63,837 nt of DNA from Anolis carolinensis (taxonomy: Eukaryota). The stretch is taken from contig NW_026943825.1 in NCBI RefSeq assembly GCF_035594765.1, positions 14,190,753-14,254,589 of the forward strand. The letters run 5' to 3'. The position numbers and the translations under genes are program-made. Positions 1 through 12,965 of the stretch are shown piece after piece (positions within the stretch are counted from its first letter, which is position 1; the number at the start of each line of letters is the position of its first letter). Under the pieces are notes generated by a model. That model ran no database searches, was not told where the DNA came from, and was given only the letters and a program-made list of their open reading frames with translations.

Positions 1-61
1 GTGGGCATTCAAATGGCATTTTCTACTCTCCAAAAATCTCTCAACATTACAAGATAGAAAT

Positions 62-114
<53 letters not shown>

Positions 115-115
<1 letters not shown>

Positions 116-610
116 AGACATGTCCAAAAAATCGTCTTGAATCGTATATCGGAATTATTTTGGATTGTTCTCGCTTTTTGATATGCATTCCGAGACATTG
201 TGGTCACTGGTCCATTTCTAATTGAAGGCATTGGGTTGAGGCTTGTGGGATCACATAGCCAGAGACACCATTGATTTCCAGTTTCCTTCTTGCTTACAAA
301 TATAGCAAGGGAATTTCTAGTTTTCAAAGTATCTTTGCATAACTTGCAAGGGCATTGTAAATTTGATGAGGATAGCTCAAGAAATGAGGGCGGGAGAGCC
401 CTGTAAAAGTCCCCCCCCCCGGGTTCCTTTATTTTTGGTGATTGCGCATGCGCGTCCGCCATTTTAGAAACATTTAGAATCATTACGAATTTTCGGAAAT
501 ATCTGAAATTTTTGGGTGAAAAAATTGGAAATACTTTCTATATCGAAGCGCCAGCGCCCCCTACTTTAGAAACGAGAATTGAAACAATTTTTCATCGATC
601 GGACATGCTA
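115..610 (+). mobile_element. ~500-bp non-autonomous hAT-type MITE (copy 1 of 5), inserted in a (CTAT)n microsatellite
   Basis: Ends AGACATGTCC...GGACATGCTA; both ends match copies at 4482, 14989, 21898 and 37299; (CTAT)n/(CT)n on both flanks obscures the TSD. Confidence 0.85.
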
Positions 611-685
<75 letters not shown>

Positions 686-1000
686 CATCTGTTCACACAC
701 AAACACGCACAACAAAAATGGCAGAGAATGGTTAAAGAGACTAGTAGAGGAACCTTAGATATATGTTCACCATTCTGCCTTTTCAGAAATTTCATTTGAA
801 TCCTGTAATCAAATCTATCCTCCAGTTTTCTACCGACATCTTACCGTTTTCTGTTTGTCTTAGGCACATCTACACTGTAGAGTTAAAATGTTTGTTCTTG
901 TTATCCATCTTCATAATTCACAAATATTGTTTCTTAGCATCTCTGCTACATAGCTATGGAATGTATACTGAGATAGAGGATTCCAACCATTGTCTTTTTG

Positions 1001-1220
1001 GGGTTGCTATGAGTTTTCTGGGCTGTATGGCCATGTTCCTTGTAGGTTGTGTTTCTTCATCATCTTCCCTATGCGGTCCGTGGTTCCCTTGATGTATGGC
1101 AAGAACACTTTTCCTTTGGGTGGATCTTTACTCTTGTGACTTGTTCTTGGCCTTGCAGCTCTTTTGATGTCGGTGGTGGGGTTTCCAGTGGCCTGTAGAG
1201 CCAAGTTTAGGTGGTTCTTT
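1001..1220 (-). mobile_element. Penelope-like element fragment
   Basis: Minus-strand peptide KVFLPYIKGTTDRIGKMMKKHNL resembles Penelope ORFs; its tract GGGCTGTATGGCCATGTT recurs at ~6352-6480 and ~10690-10866. Confidence 0.7.
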
Positions 1221-1395
1221 CCCCCAAGAAACTCACTTTTCAATTGTGAGTTACCTGAAATTGGGAACTATCTGACACTGCTTCAAACTGATTTCTCCCT
1301 CCCCATTTTTCTGGTTCTCTGTTAGAATAATATTTATTCTGGTATATAGTCAACATCTCAATCATCTCTCCTAGGTGGACCAAAGGGTTAGAAAG

Positions 1396-1848
1396 ATGTC
1401 TACAGAAGAAACCGACCAGCAGAAGAAGCAGAGCTCCACCTTGCCTCCGGCACTGAGCACGTTTTCTTCTGAACCCAACCCAGACCGAGAAGAACCTGCG
1501 CTGCCACCACCCAAAGAACCTGAAGTTCCACCAGAGGAGGAGAAGAAGGAGGAACCCAATGAAAAGAAAGAATCGCCCCCCCAGCCTGATACGGAACCAG
1601 ATCCAGAATCTGAAACATCAAAACCTGATATTTCATCTGGAAACGAGAGGGAGAAACCACCACCAACTGAACAGCAACCCGAAGAACCTCCAACCTTGCC
1701 TCGTGCACTAAGTCAAGAAACCCTGAAGGTAGACCGTTCTTCTCCTCTTGAAGTAACTGAAGATGTGTCCAACCAAGCTCCACCATCAGTTCCGGTGGAA
1801 GATAAGCAACAGCAGAGGAAACAACCTTCTACGTGGCCCTTGAAGTAG
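1396..1848 (+). CDS. EDEPK: Single-coding-exon EDC protein rich in Glu/Pro/Lys, 150 aa
   Basis: Splice acceptor (tctctcctAG, 1373-1374) lies 21 nt before ATG 1396. N-terminus QQKKQSSTLPP and C-terminus QQQRKQPSTWPLK are typical SEDC terminal motifs; no Cys. Symbol from recalled squamate EDC nomenclature and gene order. Exon 1 was not found and probably lies upstream of the window. Confidence 0.85.
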   Translation: MSTEETDQQKKQSSTLPPALSTFSSEPNPDREEPALPPPKEPEVPPEEEKKEEPNEKKESPPQPDTEPDPESETSKPDISSGNEREKPPPTEQQPEEPPTLPRALSQETLKVDRSSPLEVTEDVSNQAPPSVPVEDKQQQRKQPSTWPLK

Positions 1849-2790
1849 TCAGCTAACCAATGGGATCCCACATTCATGTTATGATCTGTGGGCGCATCTA
1901 CACTGTAGGATGACTGCCATTTGACTCCATTTGCTCAGTGCAATGAAATCCTAGTGGTTCTTCCAAAGTTGTTAGATTTCTCTGTCAAAGAGAGCTGGTG
2001 TCTCACTAAACTGCAACTCCCAGGACTCCACAGCAGTAGGCCATTGAAATGAAAAGTGGTTTCAAACTTCATTTATTCTACAGTGTAGTTACTCTCTGTA
2101 TCATAGTGCTAGATAATTGCTCCTTGCTAGGCTTCCTTTCTGTGGTGTTATTTCCATTTGTGATTCCTTTTTCAAAAGGCAGCGTTGGAGGGTGGGATTA
2201 CAGAAATATTACCGATTTGTGCTCTAAATGTGTTCAATGCACTTCATGTGGCGGTTGACATCCTCGAATTTCATATCAGAATCCATTCCACATCTCTTCT
2301 ACATCATGATTCTGTTAGGTGACACCAGGTTTCGGGAAATTCAGTTATCCGGCCACTGGATTGCTGGAAACAGGCTGGGCAGAGGGTGGCCGGAGCTTAA
2401 CCAATATGGATCACAGCAACCAGATCTTTCAGATAATGAAGACTAATGGGACTGAGGGACTCTCTACATGTGGCAGAGGCCACAACATGTGGGCGGCCTC
2501 GCAAATCAGGCAAGAGTGGGTGCCTGGTGGCGGCTTCTCCTTCTCTTCTTTCTCAGCCAATCAGAGGCCTCGTTGACTGTGTCCATTCTCCTCTCCTCTT
2601 GGACTTCAATTCCTAGAACCCTCTCTTGTGTTTTTTAAAATAAAAATATGTTATGGTAAAAACTTCAAAAAATTCCAAAAATCAGCGGATTGGTGAAACT
2701 TGGCACACTTGCAGTTGTAAATGTGGCCTACAAGTGAGGCAAGTTTCATGGCAATAGGCCTAAAAATGACAGAGAAATGATCCTCTAAAG

Positions 2791-3148
2791 TAGTGGTTCC
2801 CAATCTGTGGTCCGTGGACCACCAGTCGTCCACAAGAACTAAAATATAGTCCATGGCCTCACAGTTACACTGTTGCAACAAGAGCGACTGGTCGTATGAA
2901 TCCTTCCTATAGTGCCAAGGCTTATTAAATATGGTTTTCTGTGGATGAGCAGATGATGACTACTGGATGGCATATGTTTTGTTTCAGAAACTAGAGCTGA
3001 TGTGCTCTATCCAATGCAGTTTTTCCGAATCAGTAACCCAAATAATCATCTGGATCTGAAGTTGATCAAAAAACGATTCGTAACCCCTTTGGTATTAATG
3101 TTGGAAAGTCAAAATGGGCCCTGGTCAAAAAAAGGTTGGGAACCACTT
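2791..3148 (+). mobile_element. hAT MITE (CAGTGGTTCCCAA-type ends)
   Basis: TIRs TAGTGGTTCCCAA / TTGGGAACCACTT; 8-bp TSD CTCTAAAG; relatives at 18329-18861 and 46094-46906. Confidence 0.85.
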
Positions 3149-3943
3149 CTCTAAAGTTTCCCCATTGGTGCCAATGAACCGAATTTTACTGGGAAGAAAA
3201 TGGAACTCCTCTCCCAATGTTGGGAATTTCCCAGTAAATGGGATGGGGGGGGGGGGCATCAAAAAACGGGACTGAAATAGGCAGTTTTTTTGCCAAGTTG
3301 CACACTCTTAATCTCTTCTTATTCGTAGAACCTAGTAGCACAGCTTCATATTAAAATATCTGTAAAGTCTTGCTGGTCTTCCATAAGTCATCAGTGATCA
3401 GTGCGAAAGAGAACTCTTTAGAAGCAACACGGCCTATACCAATTAAGGTAGTGGTTCTCAACCTATGGGTTCCCAGGTGTTTTGATTTACAAAATTGATT
3501 TACAGTTTACCAGCTGTTAGGATTTCTGGGAGTTGAAGGCCAAAACATCTGGAGACCCACAGGTTGAGAACCACTGGATTAAGACTATCTCCTTGTGCCA
3601 CCTGCTGGACAGAAGAGGGAACTGCAACAACCATTTGGTCTACCATCCCATGATCCTCTTGACTTGTCAGGTGATATTAGGAGACCAATTGGGTGCAAAG
3701 GAGGCCTATAAAGATTCTGAGGTCCTTTGATTTTCTGCAGTTTGTTAATGTGGTGGGTTAACTGGATTGTTGTCTTCCTCTTCACATTTCTCATTTCCAT
3801 CTTGCTTGTTTTGGGCAAGTGTTTTCTTCCTGTATGATTTCTTTCCGTATCATCTTCTGTCCTGAAGTATCTTCTTTCCTTGCATCGGAATGAAAAGGGC
3901 GTACATTGCATCCTGTGCATGCCTAGCCAACATTCTGTTGGAG

Positions 3944-4226
3944 CAGTGGTCCTCAACCTATGGGTCTCCAGATGTTTGGCCTTCAACTCCCAGAAATCTC
4001 ATCCAGTTTACTAGCTGTTAGGATTCCTGAGAGTTGAAGGCCAAAAACATCTGGGGACCCACAGGTTGAGAACCCCTGCTCTATACACTTCCCACCTTGT
4101 CCATATCCTTCTTGAATTGTGGTGTCCAGGTTGGGCTCAAGATTATTTGAGGTGAGGTATGATCAAAGCAGAATAGAATGGGACTATTGCTTCCCCCAGT
4201 CTAGACACTAGACTTGAGGACCACTG
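3944..4226. mobile_element. Composite small hAT MITE + CR1 fragment + extra TIR
   Basis: MITE 3944-4078, CR1-like 4079-4213, terminal TTGAGGACCACTG; outer flanks TGTTGGAG / TGTTAGTG (6/8 match). Confidence 0.7.
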
Positions 4227-4481
4227 TGTTAGTGATATGGATGCATGTCTTGCTTCCACATATGTATGTCGCAATTTTATGGAGCACAGGAGCTATTCTT
4301 TTGTCCTTGCACACCACCCAATCTTCTCAGCAGCTACTCAGATTCTGGAAGTAGCTGTTGGTAAGAGAGAAAGAGAAATTATGAAGAGGAAAGCTACTCT
4401 GGTCAAGGAGAAGATAATGGAGAGTCACACCATCCATGGATGCACGTGGTTAGGGGGAAGGATATGGAACTGTATGGACAT

Positions 4482-5017
4482 TAGATATGTCCAAAAAATT
4501 GTTTTGAATCGTATATCGGAATTATTTCGGATTGTTCTCGCTTTTTGATACGCATTCAGAGACATTGTCTCACAGTGCAACCAGCAATGTAATTCAAACC
4601 ATTGTTGGCCCATTCTCTAATTGTCTCTTAATGTTTCTTTAATTTTTTTCCCCAATTTTTTTAAAAAATATATATTTAAAAATATATTTTTTGTTTCTGC
4701 AACCTACCTTGAATGGGAGCTTAGCACAGCCTAATATGGCTGCCGCTCCTCAGCCAATCAGAAGCTTCCATGATGGACGCAAAGGTGGGGGTTAATGTCC
4801 TCTGCGTCCACATGGAAGATTGCCATACAAGCCTGGTGTGTAGCGATTGCGCATGCGTGTCCACCATTTTAGAAACATTTAGAATCATTACGAATTTTCG
4901 GAAATATCTGAAATTTTTGGGTGAAAAAATCGGAAATACTTTCTATATCGAAGCGCCAGCGCCCCCTATTTTAGAAATGAGAATTGAAACATTTCTTTCA
5001 TCGATCGGACATGCCTA
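4482..5017 (+). mobile_element. hAT MITE copy 2
   Basis: TIRs TAGATATGTCC / GGACATGCCTA; perfect 8-bp TSD ATGGACAT. Confidence 0.93.
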
Positions 5018-6109
5018 ATGGACATACGATTTAATGTAGGCTCTTACTCTTCAAGTGCTGTTGGAACAAGCAGAGATACCTCCCATAATATACCTAGGAT
5101 TTGCTTTATGAGCAATGAAAGTATAGCTTGAGGAGGTAAGCTACTATGAAATTAGGTGTGCACCAACAGGCTTCCAGTCCTCATATTCATAAGAATATGA
5201 ATAACTCTTTAGCCCTGAATCTAATTGTCCTCTCCATGAATTGACAAGCCAAACCCATTAAATGGTCCAACTCCATAGAAGGAATCATCAATGGTGTTGC
5301 TGTTTCCATAAATTTCCACCAGACAGTTCCATCTCTCCTGAAACTGTATCTCCAACAAGCTATGTTATCTTGAACAAGCATGATACAACAACATCTGTAT
5401 CACTATCCTTTGGGCTGCCTGGTGTTATTTATTATTTCTAAGATCGCTAATCTACAAATACTTTTCTTTGTTTCTGGAAGAAGGATCAATAAAGTGCAAT
5501 CTCGCTTACTTTCAGTGTCTACCATTTTTTGGACGGCATAGTCCTCTCTCTTTCTGTGATTTTGGACATTTCCCATTCCAACTCCCCAAAATTGAAAGTT
5601 AGCCAAGAATAACTGAGTTTCTCTCAAAATGGTGACCCCAAAATGATGGTGAATCACTTCTTCCTGCCATTTTGAAAAGGAGCTGGGCAAAATCATGGTT
5701 GTTTGATGGTAGTTACGAGTATTTCCACACCACATTTTTTGTCGGAGTTCTTAAATTGTTTTCAGGGAAAAATAATAATTTCTAATAAATTCAGAAGGTT
5801 GGGGAACTTTGAGGTCACAAAAGTGGGGTCCAGGAACCACGTTTGGCCAACCCACATTTTATCCACTTGTAGTTTAAGTTGATTTGGTTTTGTGGCATTA
5901 CACAATGATCATATCATTGTGACCTTCTTTAGTGTATTTTTATCTGTTTACTGCTTAACACTTGTTCTCTGGCTCCATCTTGTGTCCATACATGGTTGTT
6001 GATGTTGGCCTGGGAGAACCGGATTCTCGAGAAGATGGTTGCATCCTGATTTTTTAATTACTCCAAAGTTGTTGACTTTCTTATGTCACTAAAGAGTAGA
6101 TGTCGTCGG

Positions 6110-6351
6110 CAGTTAGATGCTGGAGAAGATTCCATCACATCTAACCATTTCCTTCTCAGAGACAGATGGACCTCATGCTCTTCCTTCTCTTCCATCTCTC
6201 AGAAGAACACCCAAACTTTGATTTGTCCAATATGACATAGTCAGATGTTGGAGAAGATTCCATCACATCTTACCACTTCCTTCTCAGAGACAAATGGACC
6301 TCTTCCTCCTCCTTCTCTCAGAAGAACACTCAAACTTTGATCTGTCCAATA
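6110..6351. repeat. ~130-bp tandem duplication (2 copies)
   Basis: AGATG(C/T)TGGAGAAGATTCCATCACATCT...TGTCCAATAT occurs twice in tandem. Confidence 0.85.
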
Positions 6352-6945
6352 TTGTTGTCGAAGGCTTTCATGGCCGGGATCACAGGGTTGTTGTATGTTT
6401 TCTGGGCTGTATGGCCATGTTCTAGAAATATTATCTCCTGATGTTTTGCCCACATCTATGGCAGGCATCCTCAGAGGTTGTCCAATATTGACTTGTCTGC
6501 TTCTCTTTGGAGTCTGGCCAAAAATTTAAATTCTCAATTCCCTAGGAAATTGCACAACACTAAAGAAGTGGGAAGACCATCTTCCTTGGGAAGTCTCTCA
6601 TTTTGGGTGGGTTTCTGAGGACCTTTCTTTCTCAATTCTCAATCCTTCTTGTATTTTGTCTAAGTAAGACCTAGAAAAAAGGGGAGAAGGAAGGCACTTA
6701 AGGATGAGGTGACCCCGGTATCCACAAAGTATAAGTTCCTAGATTTTATATGGATACTCAAAACCATGGATAATACTGAACCCTATTGAAATGAAGAAGA
6801 CCTGGATATTCCTTTAAGAGGACATATTTTGTGGACATGGAAAAATGAAACCATAAAACATGAAACTGTAGTATAACCTGCTGGTCTTATGACCAGTAAG
6901 GATGTAAGGCCTAGTGGGTAAGGATTGTATCTCAGTGCCAGATCA

Positions 6946-7397
6946 TGTTGGATTACGGTTGTATGTGTATGAAATGTAAATCAAGTGTTTCTGCTGTTTT
7001 GCAAGAGTGTGTGTTTCAGCAATGAAACAGTTAACAGCAGGCTAGTTAGACTGACAGCCTGCTATGACCTATCAGGCATGATTTCCGACCTTGGAGGTCG
7101 GCAACTTCCTTCGGACTGAGGAATGTATTTCTTATCTCTGTGAGTGTGTTGAGCTGGTGTTTGCCGAGTGAAGAGGCTATAGAAGAATGCCAGCTCAGAG
7201 TGATAGCTTTTGCTATGCTTTGTAAATATGTATTATAGATATTGAAATAAATGTTTGGACTTCAGACTACGGATGTGTTTGAGTCGGACATTGAACAGAG
7301 GAATTGGTGTGGCAGATGATTGCAACCAATTCATCAGGGTGCTGGAGAAGATGATCGATGGAGTTTGAAGAAACCCACCCTGACCTCCACGCTGACA
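6946..7397 (+). mobile_element. Solo LTR
   Basis: TG...CA termini, 5-bp TSD GATCA, internal AATAAA at ~7246. Confidence 0.8.
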
Positions 7398-8695
7398 GAT
7401 CAGACAGATTCTTTGAAAGCACATGATTCAAAATTAAAACTTGGTTTTAATCCAGATCAGAAGTCACCTTGGGTCCCATTCTGGGAGAAAGGTGTAATAT
7501 AAACTATACACATGCATGCATGAATAAATTAATATTAATTCCCTGCCACCTGTATTTAAAGTAAGGAGGAAACATTCTACCTCAGTTGATGGACAGTGTC
7601 TACTATGCAAAGCAGAAAACATAAGGATGATCAAGTGCTTGGACTTCTAGACTGTAGCTTCTTGCATTCTCAATGTTCACTCCAGCTCAACAAATGTAGG
7701 GACTTCATAGTGCCAGCTAATCCAAGAGGCTTGGTGCCCATTTGTGCAAGAAAGGGCTCTGAAGTTATGTAGACATCCCGCATTCAACGCATGAGCTCCC
7801 GCTGAAGACCCAGATACCCTTGACAATGCCGCATCTAAAGCTTAGGAGGATGTTGCCTTTGTCTGATGCAAGTGAATGGTTTTGTGTCACGAGATAATGC
7901 CAGCTTTCCTCCCACATGCTCTTGGCATTCCAAGTGTTCCTAAACATCTTGAGATGATGGTGGCAACCATACCACTCCAGTAGCATAAGTCTTGGCTCAA
8001 AGAGAAGAAAGGAGGAAGTAGTCAAGAGCTGCTAGGCAACTATCAGATGTTTCATTCCCATTGTTATGAGTCGACATGTGCATTATAGGTGATCCATCCT
8101 TGACAAGCCTATAGAACCATGGAGATCCATGGAGTCCTTTTTTGAAGGGAAGTTTCTTTTGGAGCCCCAATAAATGTTTATATATTATATAATATTAGCT
8201 GGTCATGGGGGTTCTGTGTGCCAAGTGAGTTACAGGTTGGTGGAGTTCAGGGTGCTCTTAGATGGCAGGTGAGCTATACATCCCTGTACCTACAACTCCT
8301 ATAAATCATGGTGAATTATCCCATGATTCTGCCATGCAGTGAAAGCCACTTCTGCTGTGCAGTAAAAATGTGGCAGAAGCAGGGTGCTTCGGCGGTGGGA
8401 GAGCAACCAGCCAATGGGTGCCTTCTTCTCTGCTGCCGCATGTTTCGAGAGGGAAAGAAGAGGAGGGAAAAACGATGCCCTTAAGGACTTTGAGGAACAC
8501 AGTTTGAGAACCAATGCTGTAGAACATTGAATTTGTGAGGCCCAGTCTAGACAAATACTTGGATGCTCCACTCCAATTCCACCTAACCTTGAGGGTCTTG
8601 TAGATGTTCTCCTCAACTTACATCCAGGAAACAAAACCCCATCCTCAAATTGTGAAGGAGTTCTGAGACATCAGTTCCCACCTGTTGTTACATGC

Positions 8696-9395
8696 TGTAA
8701 TGAAGTATGAATTTTTGGTTTACAGATGTTATGTTTCATTGTGTGTTTTAAAAGGGTAAGTATTACAGTTATTGCTTCTCTGCACTCAGAGGCTGGTTGC
8801 CATGGAGAAGTAGGCGGAGCCAACTGCTGTTTTGTTGAAGAAGTGCAGATTTTAAAAAAGGGATTCAGTCTGTGCTCTGATGAGGCACAGGGAAGATTGA
8901 TCCTAGGTTGAGGGGATCAAGGGAGACTCAATTGTCCATTTTGAGTCGGTTTAAAATAAGTTTGGTGATTTATTTAATGTAGTCAGTGTCCTGGTAAGGA
9001 ACAGTATATCACAGGGGTGACTGCGGTTTAAAAGTACCAGAGGAAGAAGTTCTAACTACTTTAAGTAAAAGAAGTGACACTTTAGGGAGTTTGACTCACC
9101 TTATTCTAGTATTGTAACTGTTAATAAAAGTGCCTCTAAGTGAGAAACAACAATTGTAACCACTAAGCTCTGTGCCTGAATAAACTTGTTATTGTTCTTC
9201 CAACATCTAAGCCTCTATCGCATATATTATAAACTAAGTTACGCTACCATCTAAAGTGAAGTAGAAAGAAAGAAAAAGTAAAAGGTCTCCTCTCTGAGTC
9301 TTTGGTGGTTGCATCTTCCCAAATTGGTGGCAATGGTGGGATAAAAAGATTCCCCCCTTGCCTGAAAAAACCTTAGTCGTTATTAGCTCCTCGCA
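8696..9395 (+). mobile_element. Solo LTR with internal PBS-like units (copy 1 of 3)
   Basis: TGTAA...CA termini; TSD CATGC/CACGC; AATAAA 9179-9184; homologous to 47189-47923 and 52579-53356. Confidence 0.85.
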
Positions 9396-10054
9396 CACGC
9401 AATCCATCAATTTAGTTGCTTTCTGTCTATTGGCTTGGCAGACCTCGAGAATGAATTCCAGAGCGATGGAAACCTTTTGTCTTTGTTTACCAAGAGAGAT
9501 CAAAGAAGACTGTCGGAAGTGTTATCACTTGATTCTGGAAGCCGTCCAGACCTTCTTATGGGATGGTATGATGTGTGTCAAAATTACCAGCATGTGCCAG
9601 GCTGATTCCGATGGCAGGTGCAAAGCTCAGCTCGTGACCCAAGCTGATGTCATTCATGAACTGGATTCCAGGAGGACTCGAGCCTGGCCCAAGATAACAT
9701 CACAGAAGGCTATGAAAGAGATGTCCTACATAAATAGACTTGACCTTGCAAAGCTAAAGTCTTCTCATTCCAATTTGGAAACATCTTTCCTTTACATAGG
9801 GAATGTATGTCTCCTATGTTGTCATCGTTAAGATCCAACTCAGCATCTACTCACACATCCATCTTTATTAATGGCACCAATCATTGTTTTGATTAAGTGG
9901 TGATTGGAGTCCCAATGTCTGGATACACTCTCAGTTTTGATCATATTGTCATCTATGGAAGAGCTGCTGGGTGTGTCTTCATTGCACCTGACAATTAACA
10001 GCACACAATTGATTCTTAATGACGACTTGAGACAGGCCGCATGTTTCTAATCAG

Positions 10055-10238
10055 TGAGTCATTAGGTCTACAAAGCAAAGGAGACATGTAGACACATGGT
10101 CAATCGGGAACACACAGACATTCATCTCATCTGGCTCATCATCATTTGAAGGCACTGCATAAATTCTCAGCTCCCAATCAGAGCTCAGGACTTCGGCGTG
10201 GTGGCATCGTCTTCTCAACTCCAGCTGACTGGGTAAGT
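10055..10238 (+). promoter_or_regulatory. Predicted EDPSQ promoter and non-coding exon 1
   Basis: AP-1 site TGAGTCA 10055-10061, CATAAA box 10158-10163, donor GG|GTAAGT at 10233; geometry typical of SEDC genes. Confidence 0.65.
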
Positions 10239-10869
10239 TTGGACCATCTTAGGAAAATGCTGATGTGGAGACAACCTTCAATGAGATTCCTCCTCGTGTT
10301 GCTGACATAAAGTCCATTTGGTTTTATAAGTAGTGGAATTAATGGGTGGGTTTGTTTCAGTCTCCAACTTTCTTCATCACTTGTCGGGACTTTTCACTGT
10401 GACCATCCTAAGCTCCAGCCAAATTATACACCTGCCCAAAGGATTTGTGATGATGACTAGCAAACAATTCCAACGTACTCTTAGGAGTGTTGGGAGTATG
10501 ATGTGAAAGGTAAATTCACATTAATATAGCTCCTCACTAGATACCTTTTCTTGAATCTTGGAGGTACTGTTCTGTAGTAGCTCTGGTCCTTCCTGGAAGA
10601 TCGTTCCCAGAAGGTGTTGTTGGATGACACCTGCTTGGCCTTTGGTGTCCTGCGGGGTTCTATATTGTCTCTACCATGTTCAATGTGTTGTTGAAGGCTT
10701 TCATGGCTGGGATCACAGGATTGTTGTGTGTTTTCCAGGCTGTATGGCCATGTTTCAGAAGTATTCTCTTCTGACATTTCTCTCACATCTATGGCCTAGA
10801 TGTGGATGAAACATCAGGAGATAATACTTCTGGAACATGTCCATACAGCCCAGAAAACACACAACAAAC

Positions 10870-12180
10870 CTGTCTCCCATGTTGTTTAACATCTACAAGA
10901 AGCAGTTGGGAGAGATCATCCAGAGTTTTGGGGTTTGATGTCATCTGTACGCAGATGATGTTCAACTCTATCACTCCTTTCCACCTTCTTCTAAGGAGGC
11001 TGTTTAGGTCCTGAACTGGTGCTTGGCAGCTGTGACATTCTGGATGAGGGCGAACAAATTGAAACTGAATCCAGACAAGACAGAGGTTCTCCTGGTCAGT
11101 CACAATGCTGAACAGGGCATAGTGTTACATCCTGTGTTAGACGGGGTTACAGTCCTCCTGAAGACACAGGTTCACAGCTTGGGTGTTCTCCTGGACTCAT
11201 CGCTGAACCTGGGACCCTGGGTTTCGGGGATGGACAGGGAAGCTTTCTTACAATTAAAACTTGTGCACCAGTTGCGCCTGTACCTTGGGAAGTCAGACTT
11301 GGCCATGGTAGTCTACACTCTTGTTACATCCTGAATAGATTCCTGCCCACCAACATTACATTTCTCGTTCTTGAGTTCGGAGTAGAGCAACTGCTTTGGA
11401 AGACGGTGATCGGGCATTTGGACAACATGGCCAGTCCAGTGGAGTTGATGGTGTAGGAGCATTGCTTCAATGCTGGTGGTCTTTGCTACTTCCAGCATGC
11501 TGACATTTGTCCGCCTGTCTTCCCAAGAGATTTACAGGATTTTTCTGAGGCAACGCTGATGGAAACGCTCCAGGAGTTGAGTGTGACATCTATAGACCAT
11601 CCACGTTTCGCAGGCATAGAGCAGGGTTGGGAGGACAATGGCTTTATAAACAAGCACCTTGGTATCTCTATGGATGTCCCAGTCATCAAACACTCTCTGC
11701 TTCATTCTGAAAAAAGCTGCACTCGCAGAGCTCAGGCGGTGTTGTATTTCAGTGTCAATGTTGACTTTTGTGGAGAGGTGGCTGCCAAGGGAGTGGAAAT
11801 GGTCAACGTTTTCTAATGTGACACCATTAGCTGTATTCCTGGCATTGCAGAAGGATTAGCTGGTGCCTGTTGGAAGAGCACTTTGGTTTTCTCGATGTTC
11901 ACTGAGAGGCCGAGTTTCTCATATTCTTCTGCGAAGGTGTTTAGAGTGGCTTAGAGTGGTGTTTAGAGTTAGCCTATAAAGCCATAAACGGTTCTGGCCC
12001 AACTTACCTGTACGAACCTATCTCCCTCTATGAACCATCACGGAGTTTAAGATCATCTGGGGAGGCCCTACTCTTCCTTCTTCGCAGGAGTGCTTGGTGG
12101 GGACAAGAGACAGGGCTTTCTCAGCGGTGGCTCCTCAGCTATGGAACTCCCTCCCCAGGGAGATTAGATCAGCCACCTTG
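10870..12180 (+). mobile_element. L2-clade LINE fragment interrupted by an RTE insertion
   Basis: Peptide WMRANKLKLNPDKTEVLLV...VHSLGVLLDSSL (RT thumb region); resumes after ~11970. Confidence 0.8.
11341..11955 (-). mobile_element. RTE-clade LINE fragment
   Basis: Peptide TSIEAMLLHHQLHWTGHVVQMPDHRLPKQLLYSEL. Confidence 0.8.
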
Positions 12181-12965
12181 AATCCCCTTCGGGGTACAGA
12201 AAGGGGGGATAGAAATAGCGTAAATAAATAATAAATGTTGATAGAATATATGCATTTAAAAGTGATACGCACCAAATTTAGATGATACCTGAGAGATGAG
12301 CTGAATCCAAAAGTTTCTGGAGACCTTGTCCAAACCATAGGAGGAACTCTTCTGAAGGTTGAAGTTGGATTCAGGATTGAGAAAAACAGTAGGTGGGGGG
12401 ACCTATACACTTAGAATGTATTTTAGTTTTGTTTCTGTGACAATATTTAGAAGGAGCTAAGTAAGATTTCAACTAAGTGACTACTAGGCCATCCTTCTAA
12501 TCATTGGGCATGTTTACCAGGAGTTCATTGATCATTCTGGCTTGAGGAAGGTGTTATGATCTCAATATTGATTCAATGTAAACTATGGAGAAAAATGGAC
12601 CATGACTATTACTTCCTTCAATAATATTTAAAAAATATGGGATCAGACTAACAGACAAGTCTTTGAATCTTCATGGTTCCATCATTCTCCAACCTATTTG
12701 ATTTGGATGGGTAGATTTCAGTTTTCCAGAATTTACTTTAAAAGTGTTAAGCAAACAAGCTGATGTTGCACTGCATATCGTTTTAATGGACTTATTCTTG
12801 GTCAGCCACCTTGGGTCTCCTGTTAGGAGAAAAGCAGAATATTAATTAAGTGGACATTAATTTGTTTAATAAACTAATATGGTTGTTGAGGTTCCTCAAA
12901 TTGATGGTTTGACAATCTTTTGTTATCCATTCTCCCAGTATCCTCCGAAGTGGTTCCGAGTAAAG

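Noticed and set aside
4770-5018. Recurring MDAKVG... ORF (also 15288, 22196)
   Set aside because: Lies inside young MITE copies; no transposase features
12879-12965. Longer N-termini in the ORF track (also 1375, 27551, 35534)
   Set aside because: Non-ATG starts in the intron or at the splice junction; acceptors place the real ATG downstream
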